From IMG/VR virus record IMGVR_UViG_3300032234_000591, positions 1 through 59,371 of that record: 59,371 bases of DNA; one strand, given 5' to 3'. The notes beneath the pieces are model-generated. The model did no database searches, was not told where the DNA came from, and saw only the letters and a list, made by a program, of their open reading frames with translations. Each line of letters starts with the position of its first letter. The first letter of the stretch is position 1. Position numbers and translations under genes: made by a program. This DNA is from a virus. Lineage: Duplodnaviria; Caudoviricetes. This document shows positions 49,473 to 58,264 of the stretch, piece by piece.

Positions 49473-51704
49473 TTACGCTGATAGATCGCCCATTACAACC
49501 CATGTATTTGCTGCTCTCTTAAAGAGAGTTGCAGATGACCATTGAGTTCTTAGCTTTAATCCTGGTGTTGCATTTACTGTTACTCCACCTGCACCTGCAA
49601 TTGTTACTTGTCCAGTTGATGTTTGAAGAACATCTATTGATGTTCCAACTGGGAAGTTAAGTGTAGAATCTGCTGGTATTGTTAGAGTCATTGCAGATGA
49701 AGAGCCCATCTCAATCAACTCATCTCTTTCTGCTACATCAGTAAGTGTATATGATGAAGTTTTTTGAATAATTAGTGTACGTGATGGAACACCTTCTTTT
49801 GTCTGTGTACCGTCCGTAAAGGCCACTCCTGATGCTGCAACTGTTACCAATCCAGTAAATGTTGGGGCATTAATTGGAGCCTTTAAATCTACAGAATCTT
49901 TTGTAGCAGTAACTGCTGTATCAATTGATATAATTCCTGGTGTTGCTTCTTGCAAACCATTCCCAGCGACAACTGTCTTTGCAGCATTAAATTCTGCATA
50001 TGTAATGTTATCTGTACCAATTACAATTGGGTTTGCTGATGAATTATTGATATATCCAATAGATGCATTTACTGTTCCAGCCTGTACGAACGTAAAGTCA
50101 CCATTTTTCATTTCTCCAGTAGGGTTATTGTCTGAATCTGTTGCACGAGTTAATACCCATGGAGTTGATCCTGAACCATTTGTTGTTAATACATAAATAC
50201 CGTTTTGCTTTGCATCTGTCTGGTTCTTGATAAGAACTCTTTGACCAACAACAACTGATTCTCCATCAATTTGATTAAAGGCACGGTTTGTATCTGCTGT
50301 AAGAGTTGCTCCTACCCCAGATGTTCCATTTGAGTAGTTTGCTGCTAAATTGTTTACTGATGCTGCATGTACTGCTTCATGGAAATTAATTCCAGCAATT
50401 ACGTTATCAACATAAAGCTTGGTTACTGCATGTAGATCTGATGAAGGTGCACCTGATAGTGTAAGTGCTCCTGTCATTGTACCCCCAGCAAGTGACAATT
50501 TATCATCTAGCGCTGTTTGTGTTGCAGTTGATATTGGCTTATTAGCATCTGAAGTATTATCAACATTATTTAGGCCAAGAGAAAGCTTGGTTACTGTAGC
50601 TGCTGCATCTGTTGCTGCATTATCTGCATAAGTTTTTGTAGCCAGCGCTGATGTATCTGCAATGCCGTGAACTGAAGTTGTATCTGAATTGTGTGTTGAT
50701 ACTGCTGAATCTGCATAAGTTTGTGCAGCAGATTGTGCATCAGAAACGTTTGTGGTTGTTGCAAGCAATGATGTATCTGCAATGCCGTGGATGCTTGTAG
50801 TATCTGACTGATGGTTAGAAACTGCAGTTGATGCAGCAGAATCTGCATAGGTCTTTGTGGCTAGCTCTGCTGTATCTGAAATTCCATGAACTGATGTTGT
50901 ATCAGATGAGTGTGTGCTAACTGCACTATCTGCGTATGTCTTTGTTGCAAGTTCTGCTGTATCTGAAATTCCATGAACTCCTGTTGTATCATCGCTATGT
51001 GTAGAAATAGATGTTGTTACATAAGAATTTGTTGCTAAATCAGCAGTGTTTAAAATACCATGAACATTAGTTGTATCTGCATTATGTACTGAAACTGAGC
51101 CATCTGCGTAACCCTTTGTTGCTAAATCTGCAGTATCTGCAATTCCATGAACTGATGTTGTATCTAGGCTATGGGTTCCAACAGCACCATCTGCATAATC
51201 TTTTGTTGCTAATGCTGCTGTGTCTGAAATTCCATGTACTGATGTTGTGTCATTTGAATGTGTGGTAATTGATGTATCAACATAGCTTGTTGAGGCAACA
51301 GAGGAATCAACATCAAACTGATCTGTGGATGCATTCCAATCAAGTCCAGCTCCTGCTGCACTTGCTGCATCAAATGTTGAGTTAGCAACTGCTGTATCAA
51401 CATAAGTTTCTGTTGCAAGGTTAGCTAGGAAGTTTGCATCATCTCCAAGGGCTGCTGCAAGCTCATTAAGTGTATTAAGAGCGGCAGGTGCTCCATCAAT
51501 AAGGTTGCTAATGGCTGTAGTGATTGACTCAGCGTCGGTGAAATATGTAAGATCTACCCAGTGATTAACACCGTCTCCAACCTTAAATTTATTGGTATCT
51601 GACTCAAAGCCAATTTCACCAGCTGCAAGAATAGGTCCGTTACCTGAGTTTGTAGAGATCCACTGTGAAGCGGTACCTCTACGCTGTTGCATTCTTGTTG
51701 CCAT
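49473..51704 (-). CDS. tail fibre-like protein with seven His-containing ~29-aa repeats
   Basis: N-terminal MQQRRGTASQW...LAAGEIGFESDTNKFKVGDG fibre-anchor motif, APAALNTLNELAAALGDD, HxxDTTxVHGIxDTAxLATK repeats, C-terminal WVVMGDLSA. Confidence 0.8.
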   Translation of the reverse strand: MATRMQQRRGTASQWISTNSGNGPILAAGEIGFESDTNKFKVGDGVNHWVDLTYFTDAESITTAISNLIDGAPAALNTLNELAAALGDDANFLANLATETYVDTAVANSTFDAASAAGAGLDWNASTDQFDVDSSVASTSYVDTSITTHSNDTTSVHGISDTAALATKDYADGAVGTHSLDTTSVHGIADTADLATKGYADGSVSVHNADTTNVHGILNTADLATNSYVTTSISTHSDDTTGVHGISDTAELATKTYADSAVSTHSSDTTSVHGISDTAELATKTYADSAASTAVSNHQSDTTSIHGIADTSLLATTTNVSDAQSAAQTYADSAVSTHNSDTTSVHGIADTSALATKTYADNAATDAAATVTKLSLGLNNVDNTSDANKPISTATQTALDDKLSLAGGTMTGALTLSGAPSSDLHAVTKLYVDNVIAGINFHEAVHAASVNNLAANYSNGTSGVGATLTADTNRAFNQIDGESVVVGQRVLIKNQTDAKQNGIYVLTTNGSGSTPWVLTRATDSDNNPTGEMKNGDFTFVQAGTVNASIGYINNSSANPIVIGTDNITYAEFNAAKTVVAGNGLQEATPGIISIDTAVTATKDSVDLKAPINAPTFTGLVTVAASGVAFTDGTQTKEGVPSRTLIIQKTSSYTLTDVAERDELIEMGSSSAMTLTIPADSTLNFPVGTSIDVLQTSTGQVTIAGAGGVTVNATPGLKLRTQWSSATLFKRAANTWVVMGDLSA
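50615..51263 (-). repeat. 7 x HxxDTTx[VI]HGIxxTxxLAT repeat
   Basis: Read from the translation; base period 29 aa (87 bp), with two longer units. Boundaries approximate. Confidence 0.9.
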
Positions 51705-51744
51705 TTACATTCCTCCAGTGGTTCTATAGTATTATATCAGATAA

Positions 51745-52212
51745 TTAGTTAAAATTATCTATTGGTGTTCCGCCATCAAAAGTCTGGTCCCAGACCTCAG
51801 TATTGTATAATCCGCCATCAATCTGTGCTGAAAAAATAGCATCATAAAACCCTGCATCTTGAAACACTGTAACAATAAGTCCAGTGCCATCAATTGCGGT
51901 ATCATGAATATGCTGTCTTAGATTATATGTATCTTCAAATGTAGCAATCATGATCCACTCATTTGCCTCTGTAGAGTAGACAGATAAGTGACGAGTGGTG
52001 TTATCAAAGTAGAACTGTCCATCAACTGGGTTTTCTGGAGCTTCTGACTCTGTTGGTATTACTACTGATGTAAACTTTCCGTCTACATATTCTTTTGTTG
52101 CTGCGTGTGCATTTTCAGTAGGTGTTCCTACTTCAACGGTACCGCCAAAAGATCCACCAAGGGCAACGACTAACCCATTCTTTACTTTAAAATCTTTGTC
52201 TGTCGTTGCCAC
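51745..52212 (-). CDS. small fibre-associated protein
   Basis: MATTDKDFKVKNGLVV shared with the adjacent gene; HAATKEYVD and P.NPVDGQFYFD fibre motifs. Confidence 0.7.
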   Translation of the reverse strand: MATTDKDFKVKNGLVVALGGSFGGTVEVGTPTENAHAATKEYVDGKFTSVVIPTESEAPENPVDGQFYFDNTTRHLSVYSTEANEWIMIATFEDTYNLRQHIHDTAIDGTGLIVTVFQDAGFYDAIFSAQIDGGLYNTEVWDQTFDGGTPIDNFN

Positions 52213-52233
52213 TTGGTTTCTCCTTTAAGTTGA

Positions 52234-54855
52234 TTATGCTAGTAGTGTTCCGATAACAGTAACTGTTGAGCTATTGTTAACAGGTGTTACACGAAGTCTT
52301 ACATTTGAACCATCAACATCTGCAGTTACAGACATTGATGAACCGTTTGTTCCAACTATTGCATACTCTGTGATAGCAATGTTGTCAGATGTATCAAGTG
52401 TAATAAGAACCTCAGTAAGTTCTGTGTGTGAACCGTATGCGGTCTTTACAAGGAACTTTGCTGAACGGTAGTCTGCCTTAGCAAATGAATACGCAGTAAT
52501 CTGTGATCCACCTGTTGGAGCAGAAACTGTTGCTGCAATCTGCTTAGCAACTGAGTTTAACTCAACTGCTGTGAAGTTTGGAACAACTGCTTCAAGAGCA
52601 TCTACTGCTCTCTGATTTGTGAAGTAGAGATTTGTTGCACCCTCTGTAAGATCATCAGTATCAGAATCTGCTATACCATTCTCTGCGGTAATTGTAAGAC
52701 CATTACCATCACCTGTAATTGTGATGTTTGTCTTTGTAGAGTGGTTTACAAGAAGATCTGCTGCTGCAGACTTTGCACGTGAATCTGTAAAGTAGTGGTT
52801 ATTTTCACCCTCTTCAAGATCATCAGTAGTTGAGTCATCAACACCGTTTTCTGCGGTGATGATAAGTTCTCCACCAACCTCAGTAATTGATATATTTGTC
52901 TGTGTTGAACCAGTCAAAACATCCTTAACACGAGAATCTGTATAGTACTTGTTTGTTGTACCTTCAGAAATATCGTCTGAGTCAAGTTGTGATGCATCTA
53001 CTGCAATTACGCCTGTTCCATCGTTGTAACTAATTGCATTACCTGCAGATAGTGACTCACGAGCACGAGTTTGTGTGAAGTATAGATTTTGGTCTTCTCC
53101 AATATCAGATGACTTTAGAGTAAGGCTTGATCCAAGTGCTAGTGTCTGACCATTAATTGTAACTGAGTCATTGTCAAGGGCAGCGTTTGGAATATTTTGA
53201 AGAGTATTATCTCCACCGTCAATTGTCTTGTTTGTAAGTGTCTGAGAATCAGAAGTTCCTACAACGTTACCAGTTACACCGTGAATATTGCTTGTGTAAT
53301 CTGAGTGATCTCCGACTGCGCCATCTGCGTAGATACGTGTAGCGATTGTATCAGTATCAACAGAAACTTCAAGACCATCTACGATGATTCCTGTTCCTGC
53401 TGTTACAGAACCTGCACCAGAGAACTGTGTCCATGACTGTGCTGTAAAGTCTGTTAGGTATGGATTATTTTGTACCCAAGCAGTTCCGCCGTACTGTGTG
53501 CCCTCTGCGATATAAATTGCTGCACCAAGAAGCTCTGTATACACATCTGCATCGGCTGCACGAGTAAGTGTCCATGTTGCTCCATGGGTGTAAACATAAA
53601 TACCAGCATCGTTACCGTTTGTGATAAGAACTCTCAAACCATCTTCTGCTGAACCAAATGTGTGTCCATCAATTACTAGAGCTGATGTACCAGAAAGAGT
53701 TGGTGTTGAGTCATCGTAAAGTACGTGTGCTGCATTCTTCCAGTCAAGACCAGAAACTGCATTGTCAACATATGAGTTAGTTGCAATCTGGTTTCCTGCT
53801 GAAGCAGAACCAATATATGCATCTCCATCTGGATTAAGAACAATATCTCCAGCAGATGTTGATAGTGTTAAATCTCCACCTGCATGAACAGTTAGATCTC
53901 CTTCAGCATCAGATTCAGCCTGAATATATGCTGAATTGTTGTTGTCAGTACCGAAATATGTTGTTCCGTCAAATGTTTTATTTGTAAGTGTCTGTAAATC
54001 TGATGTACCAACAACTGATCCAGTTACACCATGTACACCTGAAGAAGCATTGGTGTGTGTATCAAGGTTATCTTGAACATCTTGTGCTGAACCAGAAGCA
54101 TCGTACCAACCATCTACAGTTGTACGATCAATTTGAATTCCGTTACCAGTTATGCCACCACCGAAACTAAGACCGTCACCAATCTGAACATCAAATGATC
54201 CGTCTACATACTCAATACCAGTTCCAAGGGCTGCAGAAACTGCATCCTTAGCACGAGTATCAGTGAAGTACTTATTTGAAGTACCCTCAGATAGATCATC
54301 TGTATCAAAATCTCCAAGATCTGCAGAGATTGTTCCAGATGCGCTGTCATAGTTGATTCCTGTACCCTCAGATAATGCCTGACGAGCACGGGTATCTGTA
54401 AAGTACTTGTTTGTGGTACCTTCTGTTAGGTTATCAGTTGTTGAATCAGCTACGCCATTTTCTGCATTGATGTGAAGAACTCCACCAATTTCTTCAATAG
54501 TGATATTGGTTGTTGTAGCATTTGTAAGAACATCTTTAACACGATCATCTGTGTAGTAAAGGTTTGAACCTTCTGCAAGATCACCTGTGTCATGATTTGC
54601 TATACTTGAAACTTCACCTGTTACGTTACCAACCAAGTCTGCTGTAATTTCTCCTGCAGCAAAGTCTCCATTTTCATCACGAAGTACTAGTGTGTCTGGT
54701 GTGTTTTCTGATGTTCCTGAACCACCAACTTGATCAATAATATAATCAATATCTACTTGCGCTTTAGTAAGAATGTCCTCACCATTGATTGTACCTGTTG
54801 TACCTTCAACTACCAGGCCATTTTTAATCTTAAAGTTTTTATCTACTGTTGCCAT
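52234..54855 (-). CDS. long acidic fibre protein with seven TDDLxEGxxNxY[FY]TxxR repeats
   Basis: Repeats read from the translation; also two HxxxxSxxHGVTGxVVGTSDxQTLTNKT units. Confidence 0.8.
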   Translation of the reverse strand: MATVDKNFKIKNGLVVEGTTGTINGEDILTKAQVDIDYIIDQVGGSGTSENTPDTLVLRDENGDFAAGEITADLVGNVTGEVSSIANHDTGDLAEGSNLYYTDDRVKDVLTNATTTNITIEEIGGVLHINAENGVADSTTDNLTEGTTNKYFTDTRARQALSEGTGINYDSASGTISADLGDFDTDDLSEGTSNKYFTDTRAKDAVSAALGTGIEYVDGSFDVQIGDGLSFGGGITGNGIQIDRTTVDGWYDASGSAQDVQDNLDTHTNASSGVHGVTGSVVGTSDLQTLTNKTFDGTTYFGTDNNNSAYIQAESDAEGDLTVHAGGDLTLSTSAGDIVLNPDGDAYIGSASAGNQIATNSYVDNAVSGLDWKNAAHVLYDDSTPTLSGTSALVIDGHTFGSAEDGLRVLITNGNDAGIYVYTHGATWTLTRAADADVYTELLGAAIYIAEGTQYGGTAWVQNNPYLTDFTAQSWTQFSGAGSVTAGTGIIVDGLEVSVDTDTIATRIYADGAVGDHSDYTSNIHGVTGNVVGTSDSQTLTNKTIDGGDNTLQNIPNAALDNDSVTINGQTLALGSSLTLKSSDIGEDQNLYFTQTRARESLSAGNAISYNDGTGVIAVDASQLDSDDISEGTTNKYYTDSRVKDVLTGSTQTNISITEVGGELIITAENGVDDSTTDDLEEGENNHYFTDSRAKSAAADLLVNHSTKTNITITGDGNGLTITAENGIADSDTDDLTEGATNLYFTNQRAVDALEAVVPNFTAVELNSVAKQIAATVSAPTGGSQITAYSFAKADYRSAKFLVKTAYGSHTELTEVLITLDTSDNIAITEYAIVGTNGSSMSVTADVDGSNVRLRVTPVNNSSTVTVIGTLLA

Positions 54856-54871
54856 TTTTTATCTCCTTAGT

Positions 54872-55318
54872 CTATGCCTTCAAGCCAATACGTGCATAAC
54901 GTACTGTTATTGGGGTGATCCCTTGGGCTGGTGTAACACTGAGGGCAACTGTGTTACTAACCCTGGAGACATTAATGGTGCCAATATTCCCATCATTGTC
55001 TATAACTCCATATTCGCTGACGCTTACATTTGTACCGTCAACAAGTATGGTCATCTCTGTGGCGTAAAATTTATTATCGCCACCAGAAGTCTTCTTGATA
55101 GAGATTAGATACTTAACCATTCTCCATTGTGTTGCATCAAAGTTGTCAAATACCGTAGTATTTTCAATGCCATTAATTTCATTTTCATTATTGCCAAATG
55201 TTCCCAAGTCTGTTGATTGGGCAGCGGTACTATCAATTAAATCTTCATAGTCTGCTTGTGATGGACGATCACCAGTCTGAAACTTGGTTTTTACTGTTGG
55301 AATAGATTGTCTGGCCAT
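54872..55318 (-). CDS. virion protein homologous to the C-terminal domain of 52234..54855
   Basis: FDATQWRMVKYLI...TEMTILVD...SEYGVI versus FAKADYRSAKFLV...TEVLITLD...TEYAIV. Confidence 0.7.
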   Translation of the reverse strand: MARQSIPTVKTKFQTGDRPSQADYEDLIDSTAAQSTDLGTFGNNENEINGIENTTVFDNFDATQWRMVKYLISIKKTSGGDNKFYATEMTILVDGTNVSVSEYGVIDNDGNIGTINVSRVSNTVALSVTPAQGITPITVRYARIGLKA

Positions 55319-55342
55319 GCCCCAATTATATCATCTTTTATA

Positions 55343-55567
55343 TTAAATTATATAATTACTGAAACCAATAATTTGAAGAGGAATTGGTGGAACTGCTGAT
55401 CCAGAAGTACCTTCAATTTGAATTGCAGTCAATCTTATTCTAAAAGGAAGTGTTGAATTTATAACTACCTTTTTACTTGGGCTTGTAATTGAAGTGTTTA
55501 TTAAGAAGTCTTGTTCAATTTTTTTAGTTACTACTGGTTGATCTTCGTAAATTTTAACAGTGGCCAT
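55343..55567 (-). CDS. small hypothetical protein
   Basis: 74 aa, coupled to the upstream gene (TAATG overlap). Confidence 0.65.
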   Translation of the reverse strand: MATVKIYEDQPVVTKKIEQDFLINTSITSPSKKVVINSTLPFRIRLTAIQIEGTSGSAVPPIPLQIIGFSNYII

Positions 55568-55980
55568 TATGCAGTAACATCTTCAAGAACTATAAGTTTT
55601 CCTTGAGCTACTGTCCATACTATGGTGTCGTCTGCTAAAGAAACCTCAATATCAAAAATATCATTTGTTTGAAGTGTTCCTGTTTGTGCTGCTGTTAATG
55701 AAACAGTAAATTCTCCAACAAGATCATCCTCATCTGCTGCTGGTGTCAGAGTATAAAGCAAAGTTGCTGTATCTGTAATTTGTCCAGGAATAACAGGGTT
55801 AGTAGTTGGACGCTTAATCTGCATTGAAATATCCCAATCAGGAATATTTAAAGGTACCTTTGCATCATCTGTTAAATACACCTTAAAACTAGCAGTATCC
55901 CCCTTCACAAATGTCCAATTGACAAATGGTGGAGCTTCTCCAATATTGTATAGTGATGCTTGTCCTCTACGTGTAGCCAT
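55567..55980 (-). CDS. BppU-N-like structural protein
   Basis: WTFVKGDTASFKVYL...FTVSLTAAQT...FDIEV...VWTVAQG; paralog of 57545..57940. Confidence 0.6.
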   Translation of the reverse strand: MATRRGQASLYNIGEAPPFVNWTFVKGDTASFKVYLTDDAKVPLNIPDWDISMQIKRPTTNPVIPGQITDTATLLYTLTPAADEDDLVGEFTVSLTAAQTGTLQTNDIFDIEVSLADDTIVWTVAQGKLIVLEDVTA

Positions 55981-55986
55981 TTTTAT

Positions 55987-55995
55987 ATTATACCA
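55987..55995 (-). promoter_or_regulatory. extended -10 promoter TGGTATAAT (leaderless)
   Basis: 6 nt before the ATG at 55980. Confidence 0.7.
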
Positions 55996-56041
55996 CTTGA
56001 AAATAGCAATTATTAGGTTTAATAAAAAAATGTTACAAAAC

Positions 56042-56071
56042 TTGCTTTTTATGGCAATCAGATGTTATACT
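56042..56071 (+). promoter_or_regulatory. sigma70/SigA-type promoter for the transglycosylase gene
   Basis: TTGCTT-18 bp-TATACT with extended TG; followed by hairpin TGCTACC-AAAC-GGTAGCA (56079-56096) and an AGGAGG SD. Confidence 0.7.
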
Positions 56072-56119
56072 TAGTTAGTGCTACCAAACGGTAGCATCTT
56101 TAATCTCTAGGAGGTTTTT

Positions 56120-56695
56120 TTGATGAGAAGAGATAAAAAGATCTGGATTGGAATCCTTGCTTCAATTGGGCTGCTAGCACCACTAACAAATGCAGCTAAT
56201 GCTATAAGTACTGAAAAAACCTTAAACAAACCTTTGGTTTCTGAGCCTGCAACCGCTAAAGCGGTTTTTTTGGTTTCTAAGCCTAAAAGTTTGACTAAGG
56301 TAAAAAAGAACTTAAATGTTCTACATAAATATCAAGACGCTGTTAGCCTTACAGATAAGCAACTTAAGGAGTTGCTATATGGTGTTGGCTTTCGTGGCAA
56401 CGGATTAGTAAAGGCTTGGGCAGTTGCTAAAAAAGAGTCTAACGGAAGGCCACTAGCTTTTAATGGCAATGTAAAAACTGGAGATAATTCTTATGGTATT
56501 TTTCAGATAAACATGCTAGGAATGCTTAAGGATAGCCGTAAAGAAAAATTTGGTATTAACTTTAATAGTGAATTACTAAATCCTGTTATTAATGCACAGG
56601 TTGCATACCATATGAGCAATGCTGGTGAAAATTGGTCTGCTTGGCATGGAATAACTCCAAAAACTAAAAATTGGATGAAAAAGTTTCCACATTAA
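56120..56695 (+). CDS. secreted lytic transglycosylase-like (lysozyme fold) protein
   Basis: Signal peptide ending AANA; AVAKKESNG (catalytic Glu), SYGIFQINM, LLNPVINA, WSAW. Confidence 0.8.
   Translation: MMRRDKKIWIGILASIGLLAPLTNAANAISTEKTLNKPLVSEPATAKAVFLVSKPKSLTKVKKNLNVLHKYQDAVSLTDKQLKELLYGVGFRGNGLVKAWAVAKKESNGRPLAFNGNVKTGDNSYGIFQINMLGMLKDSRKEKFGINFNSELLNPVINAQVAYHMSNAGENWSAWHGITPKTKNWMKKFPH
56251..56271 (+). terminator. terminator-like hairpin inside the transglycosylase ORF
   Basis: AACCGC-TAAA-GCGGTT followed by TTTTT. Confidence 0.5.
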
Positions 56696-56704
56696 GTTTT
56701 GAGG

Positions 56705-56742
56705 ATACCCCCTTGGCCAAGCGCCTTGGGGGTATTTTTTTT
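56705..56742 (+). terminator. intrinsic terminator after the transglycosylase gene
   Basis: ATACCCCC...GGGGGTAT plus a T run, between convergent genes. Confidence 0.75.
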
Positions 56743-57457
56743 ATGAGACAGAAATATATATAGAATTTAATCTTGCAGTACAGGGATTATCTGTTCTAAT
56801 CTGTGGTATCCCACCAAATGATTGCATTTTTGAATCATGCAGGAAAATAGTATGTTCTATAGAAAAATCATAGTCATATTGATATTTTAATGATCCAGCA
56901 AATGACGTTATTGAATATTCATCATTCTCTACTAATGTCTTCACCCAGACTTCTGTATTATTTATATATGTTGTAAGTTCAATATTATAACGAATTGTTA
57001 TAATTGATCCTATATTAAGAGTTCTAAAATTAAGCCTTTTTGTTGTTTCATTCCATAAAGATACATTGCCTTTTGGAAGAAACTCTTCTATTGACTTTTC
57101 AATATTGCCAATAGCTAAATCAACCCAACCATCAGAACTTTGATCAATTCCAGTCTTTTTTTTATTTATAGATTTACTCTGATAATATCCCCAGCCAATC
57201 ATTTGTTCTGATGGAGATAAAACACTTTTTCCATCTAACCCATTTTTACCATTTTTACCTGAAGGTCCTTTGTCACCTTTAGGTCCTGGAATTCCTTGTG
57301 GACCTTGTTGTCCAGTGTCTCCTTTAGGGCCCTGTGGACCAGCTGGGCCAGGTACTGGAAGGAAGTGTAGGGTATTTGATGTATCTTGAGATTCTTCAAC
57401 CTTAGATGCGTAGTTAGATTTTTTTATTGGCGAATCCATGCTTTTAGATATAGCCAT
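56741..57457 (-). CDS. collagen-like (Gly-X-Y) repeat protein
   Basis: GPAGPQGPKGDTGQQGPQGIPGPKGDKGPSGKNGKNGLDG followed by a beta-rich C-terminal domain. Confidence 0.8.
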   Translation of the reverse strand: MAISKSMDSPIKKSNYASKVEESQDTSNTLHFLPVPGPAGPQGPKGDTGQQGPQGIPGPKGDKGPSGKNGKNGLDGKSVLSPSEQMIGWGYYQSKSINKKKTGIDQSSDGWVDLAIGNIEKSIEEFLPKGNVSLWNETTKRLNFRTLNIGSIITIRYNIELTTYINNTEVWVKTLVENDEYSITSFAGSLKYQYDYDFSIEHTIFLHDSKMQSFGGIPQIRTDNPCTARLNSIYISVS

Positions 57458-57464
57458 AAGAAAT

Positions 57465-57548
57465 CTACTTCTTTACTTTAAATATTGTCCCATTTATTTT
57501 TATAAGTGGTGGGAGTTTTGGATTCTTATCATTAATTTTAATTATCAT
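57465..57548 (-). CDS. 27-aa microprotein (below the ORF track cut-off)
   Basis: MIIKINDKNPKLPPLIKINGTIFKVKK*; ATGA overlap with the upstream stop and fills the gap to the next gene. Confidence 0.55.
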   Translation of the reverse strand: MIIKINDKNPKLPPLIKINGTIFKVKK

Positions 57549-57940
57549 AAACTACCCAGTGGTGTGACATCTCCAAGAACACATATAGTTCCAATTACTG
57601 GTGTCCAGGTTATTGTTGAGCTACCGTCAGGAATTGTAGCCTGAAGATCAAATGATAGTTCTGCTACTACTGAAGAGTATTTAGTTCCCCAGTTTGCAGT
57701 AAGGTCTGCAGAAGCTGAAACAGTTATAACGCTTCCTTCTACCTCTACAGAAAGCTCATCAAGGAAGTCTGAGGATGGGTCATAAGCCGTTGCAGCATAA
57801 GTCCATCCTTCGGTATCAAATTCAGTAACTTCGTCATTCTCAAGAAGAGACACGGTAAATGAGGCAGAGTCTCCACGAACAACAGTCCATTGTATATTTG
57901 CTGGGGTAGCCCCAAATTTCTCTATTGTAGGTGAGCACAT
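57545..57940 (-). CDS. BppU-N-like structural protein
   Basis: WTVVRGDSASFTVSL...FDLQA...TWTPVIG; paralog of 55567..55980. Confidence 0.6.
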   Translation of the reverse strand: MCSPTIEKFGATPANIQWTVVRGDSASFTVSLLENDEVTEFDTEGWTYAATAYDPSSDFLDELSVEVEGSVITVSASADLTANWGTKYSSVVAELSFDLQATIPDGSSTITWTPVIGTICVLGDVTPLGSL

Positions 57941-57959
57941 ATCACTGATTATACCATAA

Positions 57960-58020
57960 TAAAAAGAATTGGCTCCTAGGGGCAGTGGGGTGGGGTATTT
58001 AGCAACCTAGGAACCAATCC
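57960..58020 (-). ncRNA. candidate ~60-nt small RNA (single hairpin with a C-rich loop)
   Basis: Promoter motif TGTTATAAT (58027-58035), 13-bp stem with a G-U pair on this strand, then UCUUUUU; no ORF. Confidence 0.5.
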
Positions 58021-58264
58021 ATATGAATTATAACATTGTATTATTTAAAATAAGCCAGAGCATATGGAATTATAACTTATTGTTATACTTTTAAATTGTT
58101 ATCAAATTGTTATTGTCTTAAATGTCCGTTTTGTTATGTTATAGGTAATTAGCCAGGGTATTGAGTAGTGTATACTTAAAATATATAAAGAAAAGAAGTA
58201 TGTCTAAACTAGGTTTTTAGAAGATAGTTTATATATAGTATATAGGGAAAATGGGAAAATTAGA

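Noticed and set aside
49473-51704. Diversity-generating retroelement target (Mtd-like N-terminus)
   Set aside because: No reverse transcriptase and no adenine-specific TR/VR pair seen in the window; the 204-bp tape measure repeat differs at all base types.
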